A stretch of 64,000 bases of DNA. It comes from Octopus sinensis (Eukaryota). Under the pieces are notes generated by a model that ran no database searches, had not been told where the DNA came from, and saw only the letters and a list, made by a program, of their open reading frames with translations. Where the stretch lies: assembly GCF_006345805.1 (NCBI RefSeq), contig NC_043004.1:41540001-41604000 (forward strand), in the 5' to 3' direction. Below are positions 39,809 to 52,887 of the stretch, piece by piece. The position numbers and the translations under genes were made by a program. The first letter of the stretch is position 1. Each line of letters begins with the position of its first letter.

Positions 39809-40322
39809 ATATATATATATAAAACTGTAGTTGTGTGAGTGTCTGTCCCCTTCGATTTAGATTCCTAACTACTCCCACATTTTGCGGTACAGTTTAACCA
39901 AATTCGGGTATCTTATAGTCGTGATTCATATCGAGCCCGTCTGAGTATTAGCGCGTGTCTACGATGAGTCTACGATTTTAAAAATAATTTAACATCATTT
40001 TTTATTCCATTTTAATGCATAATTTTTCGTGTGTCGATGGCGGCGGAGTTGGCGTCCACGGTCACACCTGCACCTGTTTGCTTCTCCCCCTTCTTCCCTC
40101 CCTCGTGAAGCTGTGGGGAAGGGAGTGTAAGGAAATCAACGTCGTAAAGCGTTGTCAAGGAAACCAGCGTTCTTTTAGAACAACGACTTCATGGCTTGAA
40201 GACACCAAAACAGAAATGGCTAAGAAAGCCCGAATTGGCATCTATAAGGGAAGTAACTCTCTAAAAATGCTTATATAGTTATTTCCCTTACAAACCAGAG
40301 CAACACCGGGCGATACTGCTAG
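39809..40322 (+). mobile_element. Non-autonomous Helitron
   Basis: 5' (TA)nAAACTG start; 3' GC-rich imperfect hairpin about 12 nt before CTAG, followed by T; no TIR or TSD. Confidence 0.7.
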
Positions 40323-41084
40323 TTTTATATAACGCTCAAACGATCCTGCTAAAACATCGCATTGCGTTCCTGAATACTTAAAACAACTTGCATCAGATCT
40401 TCTAGCTGAGCACTTAAGTGTAGATGCTTAACTTTATGGAACTCTTTGGGATAGAATTCCTGTGAATTTCTTTGGTTCAAGGTACAAAATACAGATTTTG
40501 TGGGTTGTTTTAAAAGAGATATACACTTAGAAAACATTAACAAACAGCTGCATTTATGATTTTATAATGTATTTGTTTATTAACAAAATATAATTCTCTT
40601 GTTTGCAGAGGACTCGATTGTATATTCACTTTATCTATTGAAAAGTCTTAATGTTTTTTTTTGTTCCTATACCGTTTCAATCTCCTGTTCCGTCTTATCA
40701 TTTTTTTCAGTTAAACGTCGTTTGTGTTCTATTTGCATATGTGCTCTGAGAGTGATTGTGTAATATTTTGTTTGAGTGAAACAACGCGCCCGTATTTATT
40801 AAATATTGTGTGTATATTTCTGTTTATATCTTTAAAAAAATATTTGTTTGAAAGTGTCTCGTTTTTGGGGTTTGGGATTAGGTTTCTAAACCAATTAAAA
40901 AATATTTACACTTTATCTCCAGCTGCTTAAAAAATTATGCCTCTGGTTGTAAATTATGAATGTGTCTATTTTTAGATATCAACAAGTATTTTATTCAATG
41001 CATTGCAGCAGCGTTTCTATGGGAGCAGTCAAAATATTGAAAACCTCTACCTTGATTTTTGTATTCAATTAAATCATTAGGATA

Positions 41085-41312
41085 TCTTCAGATATTGGTT
41101 TCAAATTTTTGGCACAAGACCTGCAATTTCGGGTGAGCGATTAAGTCGATTACATCGACCTCAGTGCTCAACTGATACTTATTTCATCGACCCCGAAAGG
41201 ATGAAAGGCAAAGTCGGCCTCGACAGAATTTGAAGTCAGAACGTAAAGACAGACGAAGTGTTTCTAAGCGTTCTGCCCAGCATGCTACCTATTTTGCCAG
41301 GCCGCCGCCTTA
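41085..41312 (-). mobile_element. SINE family B
   Basis: ATCGACCCCGAAAGGATGAAAGGCAAAGTCG; ends CCGCCTT. Confidence 0.82.
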
Positions 41313-41613
41313 GGCTATGTTTAGATATCAAGTACATTCTTAACATGTCTTCTTTTTTTTTGAAAAATATAAACTGATCGACAGAATTATTTGAGGCATT
41401 TAGTTATTGCCGTTTTTGTTCTGTGTTCAAATCTTGCCAATGTGATTTTTTTACCTTTTCATCTTATTTTTGTGTCAATTTGAATCTTAATGAATTTTTG
41501 GATCAGATATCGATTTAGTCATTTGATAATGTCCCCTTGTTCAAAGGATTATTGCTGAAAATCCCGGATAAAACTTTTGGTGTTGTTAGCACTTTAAAGT
41601 AATGATGAACCTC

Positions 41614-41705
41614 TGGAGTGCTCAGCCACTTCTACGTTAATTTCATGAGCAGGCTTTTTCCCTCCGTTGGATCAACTGGAACCTTCGTCTTCATAACCGA
41701 TGGAA
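41614..41705 (+). mobile_element. Isolated SINE tail type 1 fragment
   Basis: GGAGTGCTCAGCCACTT...GGATCAACTGGAACC matches 38800-38890. Confidence 0.7.
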
Positions 41706-42041
41706 CTTTAGTGAGGACTATGTCTGAGGTCAACAGCGACTTTTTGTCTCAGGATGTGGGGCATTAAAGCAAAATGGAAAAGTCACACAAAAATACGAAG
41801 CTGCAAGCACATTTAGCGCTCGAAAACCTGATTTGTCTAGATATAAGGACATATATATTCTATATTTATAAAAGGCCACAATAAGAGAAGTTTACAAAAA
41901 TGAACGTGATTTTCGTTAGGTATGGAAGTAAGGTCACCAGCTTAATAATCTCATATTGCTAAATCCGGCGTGAAACACATTCAGTTAGACCCGAATTTGC
42001 GGAACACTTTTGTATGACTAAGAAGTTGGTGTACCTTTCAG

Positions 42042-42114
42042 TCGCAGCAGGCTGGCATTGATGTTTCTGAATGGTATCAAAATAGAGACAGAAACAGGTT
42101 TCTGAACTTGAATG
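42042..42114 (+). CDS. Candidate internal exon (SQQAGIDVSEWYQNRDRNRFLNLN), gene unidentified
   Basis: CCTTTCAG acceptor, ATG|GTAAGT donor, one open frame; no homolog recognised. Confidence 0.25.
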
Positions 42115-42269
42115 GTAAGTCAGAAGCTGTCATGGTGAACGGCAATCGTTTGTAACACGTGTAGGCCAAAAAATCAGACTGCTTCACTTTCCTTAGTTAC
42201 TGAGTGCCACTGAATGATATCGTACATATAAACTTAATTCCAGTATGAGTAACTAATAAAAGAAAGAAA

Positions 42270-42903
42270 GGATCTTTTCGGTTTGAACGGCAGTTTTTTC
42301 TAGCGGTGTCATATGAAATTGTCACCCATAATTTTGACCCTAGAATCGATCTATTGCATTTCAATCTCTTTTAGGGTTAGGGTTAGGGGTGGGGGGAAGG
42401 GTATCTTTTTTCTTCACAAATGTAAATAAACCCAATCTGTTTCTTAAACGAGGGACATATTCATACGGCACAGAATGCTTTTTAACTCAATAGTCGTCAC
42501 TGATTGGTTGAAATTGCAGAAATTGAAGAAAAAAACAACAAATATCTTACAAACTATAGAATTTTCTCAATAAAGCCAAGAGAAAAATATATTTTATAAA
42601 CACATTTTACCAGTATACGAAGTAAAAAATTTTTTTTAGTTACCTAGAAATCATGTTAAAAACTGCCGTTCAAACAAAAAAGATCCCGAATTCGAAATGA
42701 TAGGGAAATAGTTCAGCTAAGTGACATTATTCATTCCGTACCTCTGTGGCTTCGAAGCAGTTCTTTAATAAAATTCATAATTTTCCACTTTGTTGTCCCT
42801 CACAAACATATTGATAACATTATCGAATTCTTTCCAGTGCTATTTCTCCTCCATAGTTACCTAGAAATTATGTCAAAAACTGCCGTTCAAACCGAAAAGA
42901 TCC
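42270..42903. mobile_element. Composite non-autonomous DNA transposon: TIR GGATCTTTTCGGTTTGAACGGCAGTTTT, 8-bp TSD GAAAGAAA, duplicated right end
   Basis: Left TIR at 42270; right ends at 42686 and 42903; GAAAGAAA at 42262-42269 and 42904-42911. Confidence 0.8.
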
Positions 42904-43411
42904 GAAAGAAATGTAAATGTCTAACAAACCTGCTCAGATAGATCCAGCTGTCTGACAATTAGCAAATAAATTTTCTGGATTTGCTAATACGGAATTGAAT
43001 AAATCACGTGCAGTTCGTAAATTTTTGTCAGGCCAGCTCATAGAAATAGCTTGGCCTCACGCTGATAAGTACAGAGACTTGAAGTTTGTTGTATGCGTGG
43101 TCAAATTAGTTAAAACATGAAGCCAAACACACATTAACGGAAGCTGAACGCGTAATTCCCGAAAAATTTACAGCGGCCAGATTGGCGATCAGAATTAATA
43201 CGGTAATCGTCAATAACTGGTGAAAGTTTATACGCGCAGAACTATTATAGATAAATCGATAACTCTTGTGAAGAAGAGGCGATAGAAAACTGTATATTGG
43301 ATGGGATGTTAGTAAATCAGAAGATGATCTTATGAAAGAAAACATCGCCAGCTATGCATTGTAGAGAAAGTGTGTGTGAGTGTGTGTTAGTGTGTTAGTG
43401 TGTGTGTGTGT

Positions 43412-43470
<59 letters not shown>

Positions 43471-43689
43471 TGTGTGTGTGTATGTGTGAGAAAGAGAGAG
43501 AGAGTGAGGTCTAGATCTGACTATAGATATGAATTCAGTGGCGGGCTGATTAACATGAATCACTTTAAAACGTTCCACGGGGTCGACCATCGGTACCTGG
43601 TGACTGCGATAACAATAATAATAATAATGATAATAATAATAATAATAATAATGATAATAATAATAATAATAATGATAATAATAATAATA

Positions 43690-43993
43690 ATTCTTTGGGG
43701 TTTGAATAATTCACCTCTGGAAACATGGGTGTTTCGTTCAACGTCCTTAAACAACCCTTATTCAGGGACCTTTTGAGCAGGATGGGTTACTCGATCTGAA
43801 GAAAATTCTAACTGGACTCCACCTGCAAGGTCATGTGCTGTTTATCTTGATATGAGATCACCATGTCGCGCACATATGGTTGTGATGCATGTGCCTAGTG
43901 TACCCTTATCAGACGGGTAGTCATGATGGGTATACTGGGCTTCGTATATTTTACCCCAGTGTCACTTTGATGGCATGCTCTGCTCGCTCACTC
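43690..43993 (+). mobile_element. (AAT)n-embedded element, left-truncated copy 4
   Basis: Same right end as 32658; AAT repeats on both sides. Confidence 0.88.
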
Positions 43994-44047
<54 letters not shown>

Positions 44048-44239
44048 TATTATTATTCAAAGGATGTGGAAAATAAAATCAGTAGCGCAATGGACACAGT
44101 TCCTCGTGGTATTTACATTCTGTCGTGGCGAACATGGCCTTTGATCGTTCTGTAGTTGTTAAAATAAGTACCAGACAAATACAGGGTCGTCGTAATCGGA
44201 TATATACCACTCCTGATTCTCAAATTCTTACTTTTAGTA

Positions 44240-44282
44240 CCTCTATCAGAATATATTGTTGTCGTTATTGTTATCGTTATCA

Positions 44283-44313
<31 letters not shown>

Positions 44314-44474
44314 TTAGTATTATTGTTGCTGTTGCTGTTGTTGTTGTTGTTATTATTATTATATTATTATTATTATATTATTATTATTATTATTATTACT
44401 ATTTATTATTATTATCATTATCATTACTATTATTATCATTATTATCATTACTATTATTATCATTATTGTTGTTG

Positions 44475-44532
<58 letters not shown>

Positions 44533-44585
44533 CATAATCATTATTATTATTATCATTATTATTGTTATTGTTGTTGTTGTGTCTA
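44240..44585. repeat. (TAT)n/(TTG)n compound microsatellite
   Basis: Direct reading. Confidence 0.95.
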
Positions 44586-44764
44586 TCATTTGATGTGTTG
44601 TAAACAGAACCTTCAATATTCCAGAGACACTTTCATTTAAAGAGGATTTCTTATCTTCACATTCGTAATAGCAACTCAAGAAGAAAAACAATTTACTGAA
44701 ATGATTGCTATCGTCTACTTTGAACAGTTGCTGTTTACACAAATGCTAGATGCGACTGGCGCTG

Positions 44765-44771
<7 letters not shown>

Positions 44772-44852
<81 letters not shown>

Positions 44853-44985
44853 ACACACATACACACACACACGCACACGCACGCGCACGCACACACACAT
44901 ACGCACGCACACACACTCGCACGCACGCACACACACACACACACACACCACACACACACACACTCGCACGCACGCACATACACAC
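44772..44985. repeat. (CA)n microsatellite
   Basis: Direct reading. Confidence 0.95.
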
Positions 44986-45594
44986 ACGTTCCTGATAGCC
45001 ACAATAATTCAAAGCGATCCAAACCATTGGCTGAAAATACTATTTCACACAATGTAATTTTCTTCTAAGTATCATATTATTGTCGAAATACAATTTACTG
45101 CAAATATTGAATAATATTTTCGAATTTTCTAGTCATTATCTTTCCATCTGTTTTTACGTTTATTTCCTATTTCTTTTCATTTAGTTCTTACGATTTCAGT
45201 GCTAATCTGTTTTACCAACACGATTAATCCATCACTACCTGTTGTCTACTGTTAATTACAGTGATATACCACTGTGCAAAATACACAGGCATATCATAAA
45301 GAAATCACAATATTGCTTAGCAAGCGTTAAAACTGGCAAATTTATTTATGTGTTGAATATAAACGGGAACTGGGAACAATATTGAAGATTGTGATCACTC
45401 TTGCAATGATTATTTTCACTGACGTTCTACAACTCATTGATTGTCCTCTTGGATACAGTAATCTTCGTAAAGTGTATATATATTCGAAGAGAAAATCATA
45501 TTGACAGTCGAGGCAGCCTCTTAGGATAATGCTCTGCCCGCTAATTTTAGCAGCCAAACCATACATTTCACTTCGGAAAGACAGTGAAGTTTCA

Positions 45595-45810
45595 TATTTC
45601 TTTATTGCCCACAAGGGGTTAAACATAGAAGGGAGAAACAAGGACAGACAAAGGGATTACATCGACTCCAGTGCGTAACTGGTACTTAATTTATCGACCC
45701 CGAAATGTTGAAAGACAAAGTCGACCTCGGCGGAATTTGAACTCAGAACGTAGCGGCGGATGAAATACCATTAAGCATTTCGCCCGGCGTGCTAACGTTT
45801 CTGCCAGCTC
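45595..45810 (-). mobile_element. SINE family B monomer with 14-bp TSD ACAGTGAAGTTTCA
   Basis: TSD at 45581-45594 and 45811-45824. Confidence 0.92.
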
Positions 45811-46476
45811 ACAGTGAAGTTTCAGTTAATGAGGGAAAATAAAGGCAGATGGGATGGCCATGCACGGAATGCCAATAATTATATGTCAGCTCTCTGAGAG
45901 GTGATTTAAACAATAACATAAATAACAAAAAACAAACAACAGTAATAACCTCTGTTTTCCTGTTACGATTCATCGTAAGTTTCTTTCTCCGTACTACCTT
46001 GAAAGGATCTACATGTCAATTATATTCCTTTCCTTCAACTTGCAGAAATAAGCAATATCTCTCTAATCAACCCCATTCACAGGGTATTTATTTTACAGCT
46101 ATATACAGTACGTCTTATATAGCTGTAAAATATTTACAACGTAAAATAGAGCGAAATCTCTCTTTTCAAGGTCGAGGTCTCTCCCTTTTGTCTCGTTACA
46201 GCATACAAATATCTGACACTAAATAAACATGCCGGAAGGCATACATTTCAAATTTTGCAAATTGTAAAATTTTTGAAACTGGTGTGCCTAGTTTTTCAAC
46301 AGTTGATTTAGAGAGAAGATTCAGGGTTAAAAGTCGATGTGTTAAGTATAGCCCCTACTATATTCAAGTATGGCAAATGTTTTTGGAATTGTTCATTCAA
46401 ATGACATTCAGTTTAATTCAAGTCAATATTATTTTTATCATCCACAATAGAAAATATGTATGTCGAATTCTGTTAT

Positions 46477-46640
46477 CCTTTTACTTGTTTCAGTCATTTG
46501 ACTGAGGTCATGCTGGAGCACCGCCTTTAGTCGAACAAATCGACCCCAGGACTTATTCGTTGTAAGCCTAATACTTACAAAAAACAAGCCCTGGGGTCGA
46601 TTTGTTCGACTAAAGGCGGTGCTCCAGCATGGCTGTAGTG
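46477..46640. mobile_element. Fold-back of SINE family A tail (perfect 42-bp inverted arms)
   Basis: 46509-46550 is the exact reverse complement of 46590-46631. Confidence 0.88.
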
Positions 46641-47547
46641 AATAATACAGAGAATAAAGTGAAGAATGAAACAGAAAGACGGAGAGAGAAAAGCGCGTTC
46701 ATGACGTGAGTTAAAGGGAACGTAATATTTATTACGTAGTTAAAAATGTTAGTTGACGGTAGTGATACAGAGAAAGTTAGAAATATAAGTTTAGCAGAGG
46801 GGTGATGTTCTGATGGTGAGATTAAAGAAAGGCAGAGAAATATAGATAGATAGAGAGATAAAGAGGGAGAGGGAGAGGGAAAGAGGACAGAGAGAGGTGG
46901 AGAGGGAGATGAGGATAGTGTTGGTGGAGGTGGTGTGTGGATAGTAAAAAGTGTATTTTTTAAAATTGAGCTAAGTTTTTTTTTATATCACCTATCACTT
47001 AACACATGCGCATAAATGCAGTTCCGTGAAATATTCACGCTTATTTAAGAGGCAGATATGTGCAATTTAACGAAAAGTTGTATCATATGTACATGATATT
47101 TTTTTTTGTTTATGGAGGAAAATAGAAAAATAAGAGCGAATATTTATATTATGAGTGCTGAGTATTAAGTCTATAAAATTGTGCATAAAGTATATAAAGT
47201 CCATTAAGTAATCATCGGATTTCAATTTCTTTCACTTTTCAGTGAGTAGCAGATGAGCAACTATCTTTCTGTACAGATACAACACAGGATACACTTTCAG
47301 GATTTTTGAATAAAGTTTTCAGAAATAACCAAATAGGTTTACCATCAATTTCGTGAAATATTCACAGGTCCCAGCAGTATTTAATATTTTGTATTTCTGT
47401 GATATGGAGTTCAAACCCACCCAATATGTAAGGAGTAGTTGACTCGAGTAAACAAGTCAGTCCTTTCATTAGTAGAAGTTAACTTTTGTTTATCCCTTCA
47501 CTTTATTATTTAACAACTCTGACAGCAACAGTATGTGGGCATGTGTA

Positions 47548-48297
<750 letters not shown>

Positions 48298-48349
48298 CTA
48301 TCTATCTATCTATCTATCTATCTATGGGCGCGTGTGTGTGTTGTGTGTG

Positions 48350-48396
<47 letters not shown>

Positions 48397-49037
48397 ACGT
48401 GTGTGTGTGTGTGTGTGTGCACGTGCACTTGAATAATTTTGTTGTTATGTAAATTCCAGTGTGGGGAATTTGTTTCTTCGTGAAAAACCAGTCTCTTCTC
48501 ATAGGAAGATTTGAGAGAGAGAGAGAGAGAAGTAAAGAGAGAGAGAGGGAGACAATGGGAGCAGAACAAGAGAGTGACAGGGGTATAGGGAGAGAGGAGA
48601 GAGAGAGTGAGCACAAGAGAAAGAGGCAGTAAAGTTATATACATGTTATATACTTGTTACCACTGTTTATTTTTGTTTACTTTCACAAAGAATTTTTGTT
48701 TAAAGTAAATTAAATGATATAAATAGAAAATAAATCTAATTATCTTCTCCTTGTTATCACTGAAGACAAGTACTTCCCTTCTGAGAGTCGAGTAGAAAAA
48801 CGTAACTCTCTGTTTATATAGAGTGTCTGGGTCAATTTGGTTTGGCGTAGTTCAAAATCCAAACATATTTGCTAACACTTCACAATCACATGCACAATGA
48901 TGTTTTGTTTCTTTTATCATTTCGCCTCTTTTACCACTGCTACAACAGTTATAATCTAGCAAGTTGCATACCTACTTTATGCTAGCTTTTGCGATTCACC
49001 CGTTTCTACACCATGGGTAATATATGTGTTGTAAATA

Positions 49038-50192
49038 TTAGGTTGTTCCGAAAATAATGGGCCGCTATAAGTGTTGTATTTTGAAACGCAATTTTATCAT
49101 AGTATTTTAACTATATTTTCGGTGAATTTTGACATACTTAATAATTGATGGTATGCTCCTTAATAATTTTCTACTTATTTCAGACAGAAAACACTCTTGA
49201 AGCATATGCACCCTTAATTATGAACATGACAAAAAAGGACCTTCGCTTACTTTTTTGCATGAGTTCAAACTTGGGCACAATGCCTCCCAAACTGCTGCTA
49301 ATGTCAACAGAGTAAGGGGTGAAGGGTTCACATGTGATCACACAGCACGAAGGTGGTTTAGGAAATTCCATAGTGGTGATGAGAGCCTTGAAAATGAATA
49401 AGACAGAGGACGGTCATGCAGTCTTGACAATGAACAATTGAAAGCAATTGTTGAACAAAACCCACGTCAAAGTGTCAGAGAAACGTCTCAGGTACTTGGT
49501 GTCGGTATTGCAACGGTCTCACACAATGTGTAGAAGATTGGTAAGGTGAAAAAGCTTGATATATGAGTACTGCATGAGTTCAATGAAAATCAAAAAGGTC
49601 GGTGTTTTGAAGTGTGCTCGATGCTCTTTCTGCGAAACACCAATGATCCTTTTCCTGACCGAATAGTCACTTGTGACGAAAACTGGATCCTTTATGATAA
49701 CCGCAAACGATCAGGTCAATGGCTTGAGCGTGATGAGTCCCCCAAACATTTCCAAAAGCCAAAGTTGCATCAGCAAAAAATTATGGTGACTGTCTGGTGG
49801 TCTGCAATTGATGTTCTCCTTTACAGCTTTCTGGAAGCCAATCAGAGCATTGCAGTAGAAGTTTACTGCAATCAACTCGCTGAAATGCATGCTCACCTGC
49901 ATTGGTGAATCGGCGTGGCCCAATTCTGCTCCACGATAATACAAAGCCACATGTTGCAAGAATGACGCTGCAGAAACTCACGACTTGGGATACGAAACTT
50001 TACCACATCCTCCATATTCTACTGATCTTTCACCCACTGCCTACCATTTTTTAAAAGCATTTAAACATGTTTTAAATGATAAAACTTTCAAGTCCAAACC
50101 AGAGGTGGAATTAGCTTTCAAAGACTTCTTAGCATCAAAGCCAATAAGTTTTTATCAACGAGGCACAAATAATCTCGTTGATCGAGGGATGA
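49038..50192 (+). mobile_element. Decayed DD34D mariner transposon (Hsmar1/cecropia-like), right end missing
   Basis: TA then TTAGGTTG left end; transposase remnants HEFKLGHNA, RIVTCDENWILYDNRKR, KIMVTVWWS, LLHDN.KPH, TLPHPPYS.DLSPT.YHF; multiple stops and frameshifts. Confidence 0.92.
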
Positions 50193-50432
50193 GATGCATA
50201 ATTCGAGTGATGGTAAGTGGCATTGGTGGATCGGTTTGAAACCCACTCCTAAACTGTTTTTGCACTTCAACTACGTTTTCACACTTCCAGTAGCATTTTA
50301 TAATGAATTTCCTTTGTTCAAAGCTTATTATGACTGGCATCATTAATTCCAGCGGGTTTAACCTGCAAGGTAAAAACATCAATTGAATTATCAGCTGTTA
50401 AAGTGTGTATACATTTTTTGGAGACACCCTGT
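50190..50432 (-). mobile_element. 5' end of a second Tc1/mariner-superfamily element (N-terminal HTH start and left TIR)
   Basis: Left end CAGGGTGTCTCCAAAAAATGTATACAC on the minus strand; ORF SFEQRKFIIKCYWKCENVVEVQKQFRSGFQTDPPMPLTITRI. Confidence 0.75.
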
Positions 50433-50654
50433 TGTCTGGGAGATTTTCTTATGGTAGAGAAATAGCTAGTTTTAACTGCTATTTATAATTTTCGGTAAGT
50501 GGTGAAGCAAATTCTTTTGCTGAACCCTAATTATAATTATACTCATAAGTATAAAATTTTTTGTTTAAGTTTACCGATAATGGTTCTTTTAACATACCGA
50601 ACTACTTGGTATAATTATTAATTATTAATTAATTTTACCCTTTATTATTATTGT

Positions 50655-51058
50655 GCATCCACGATGGAGCACCGCCTTGAAGGATTTAGTGGAAACAAAT
50701 CGATTTCAGTACTTATTCTTTATTTTTCCAAAAGTTGTTACTTACTCTACAAGTATCTTTTGCCGAACCGCTAAAATACGTGGATGTAAAAATATTGAGC
50801 ACTTCTTATCAAGCAGCGGTGGAGGACAAGCCCAACAGAAAATCAAAGACAAATAACGCACATAAATACATCCACCCACATACATTGAGATACACATATA
50901 TAACGGGCTTCTTTTAGCTTCCGTTTACCAAGTCCACTTACAAAGTTTAGGTCAGCTCCAAGCCATAGTCGAAGACACTTATCCAAGGTGCCGCAAAGTG
51001 GAACCGAACTCAAGAACACATGGTAAGGAAACAAGCTTCTTAACCATACAACCACGTC
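50655..51058 (-). mobile_element. Old SINE family A-related copy
   Basis: GGAGCACCGCCTT, TTGCCGAACCGCTAA and ACGGGCTTCTTT motifs. Confidence 0.7.
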
Positions 51059-52380
51059 AGCACTTACCATAAATGCAGCAGCCTGGAATTTCTTGCTGAA
51101 ATTTTTAGCAGAGTTGTCAATTCACAAAGATTAAATAGAATTTCCACTGCATAGATTTTAAGAGAGCTAGACAGGAAAGGGAATATTCAAAATTCATGCA
51201 TGTTTCTCTCGATCCACCAGCTAAATAAAGAAAAGGAGAGAAAGCTGTACTTAAAGGAGGAGTTAATATTCGACATTACAAACTAAACCATTGTTGACTC
51301 TACAATGTTAATTTTCTTTGAATAATGATCTCTTAGAATTTTCAGGGAGGGAAACTACGAACATTTTTTAAATGAAGAAGTCCTTAATTATTAAACATCG
51401 TTTTTTAATGTTTTGTTAGAAGTAATAGTCTTTTGAACAGAGTGTATCTCTATTACGAAGGTCATAGATTTTGTGTTTGGAAGAATCAATACGAAGCAAA
51501 TGTTGAAATAGCTGCAGAGAGTGTTTGGGAAGGTGGAGCCAAGGTAGAAAGACTTGGATCCCATCTAAATATTTGATTTATTTACGAACATAATTGAAAA
51601 GAAAACTACGTTTCCACAAACAACTGCATTATTGCTAGTGCATATACGCAAAAGTTTCAGCAAAATCACGTTTCCATAGGTCAACATTGAATTTATTCAA
51701 GAGCACAACGAACAAGGGAGGTCACTGCATTCGGAATGTCCATATTACCTTAATAATTGTAGGAGAGTCTACAGGCATCTGTTGTTGAGTTCTCTCTTAT
51801 TAGAATGCTATTAACCGAAGTGACTATTGTGTGGACAAGCAGTAGCATGACTGCCCATCCATAGTTTGTAGAGAAAGCTGGGTAAAGGTTTCTGTCGTGT
51901 AGTTCTTTTCTGTACAGTGATATATGTGGCTCATAAAAACTGTTTAAGAAGATGTTAGTTTATGTACAAGAAAAGGGCTCAAATAAGTATCTCGAAGGAT
52001 TGGAGAGAAACAACTTTGGGTGATTCAGTAAAAACAAAAATACAAAAAAACATGTAGGCAGTGAAATATTCTGATTAACTCAAGGTTACCGTAAAGAGGT
52101 TGAGAGCTACGTAGGCATTTATAATTTATAACTCTTCCACCATTATCTAGCTGTGTGTTTATTTAGCAAATTATGATGGATTAGAGAAACAAGTAGGGGA
52201 AAATATATGGAAGCGTATACTTGCTACAAATACTGGTAGAATTACTATAATGATTTTTTAAAACAAATTCGTAGCCTACTTTATCTCTCACACAACGCTC
52301 GCTGTTCTGTGAATACGTGCATACTTTTATATGCATACATATATGCTTATACACATATATACATACTTATATATATACAT

Positions 52381-52472
<92 letters not shown>

Positions 52473-52653
52473 AAGAAGTAAATATTTGGCACAACGAAGT
52501 ACCGATATTTACTGGAAATAGCGAACGTAATAATACGACGCTAATGTATAGCTTCACCGCGTATGTACTAGCAAAAGTGCGTGAGTGCAACAAACTTGAA
52601 AAAAATTGTCTTACCTCCAGGGAGAACATCTGAAAGATGAAATACCTAGAAAA

Positions 52654-52740
52654 GGATAATGTGGGACCGGCGTCGGTTTCAGATTTTTCAAGATATGCCT
52701 GCACACATATACTTGATCTATCTTCATCAGCCAAACGTAT
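52654..52740 (-). ncRNA. Type I hammerhead ribozyme, minus-strand copy (predicted cleavage at 52665)
   Basis: Mirror image of 52801-52887; one T-to-C change weakens distal stem I. Confidence 0.75.
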
Positions 52741-52800
52741 ACCACGTTTCAGTCGAGTGTATTGGCATTAATGTGGTAACATCTGAAATGTTGTCGTGGT

Positions 52801-52887
52801 ATATGTTTGGCTGATGAAGATAGATCAAGTATATGTGTGCAGGCATATCTTGAAAAATCTGAAACCGACGCCGGTCCCACATTATCC
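52801..52887 (+). ncRNA. Type I hammerhead ribozyme (predicted cleavage after C52876)
   Basis: Core CTGATGA 52811-17; stem II AGAT/ATCT extended by TCAAG/CTTGA and ATATG/CATAT; GAAA 52861-64; stem III ACCG/CGGT with ACGC loop; GUC triplet; stem I TGG/CCA + ATG/CAT. Confidence 0.8.
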
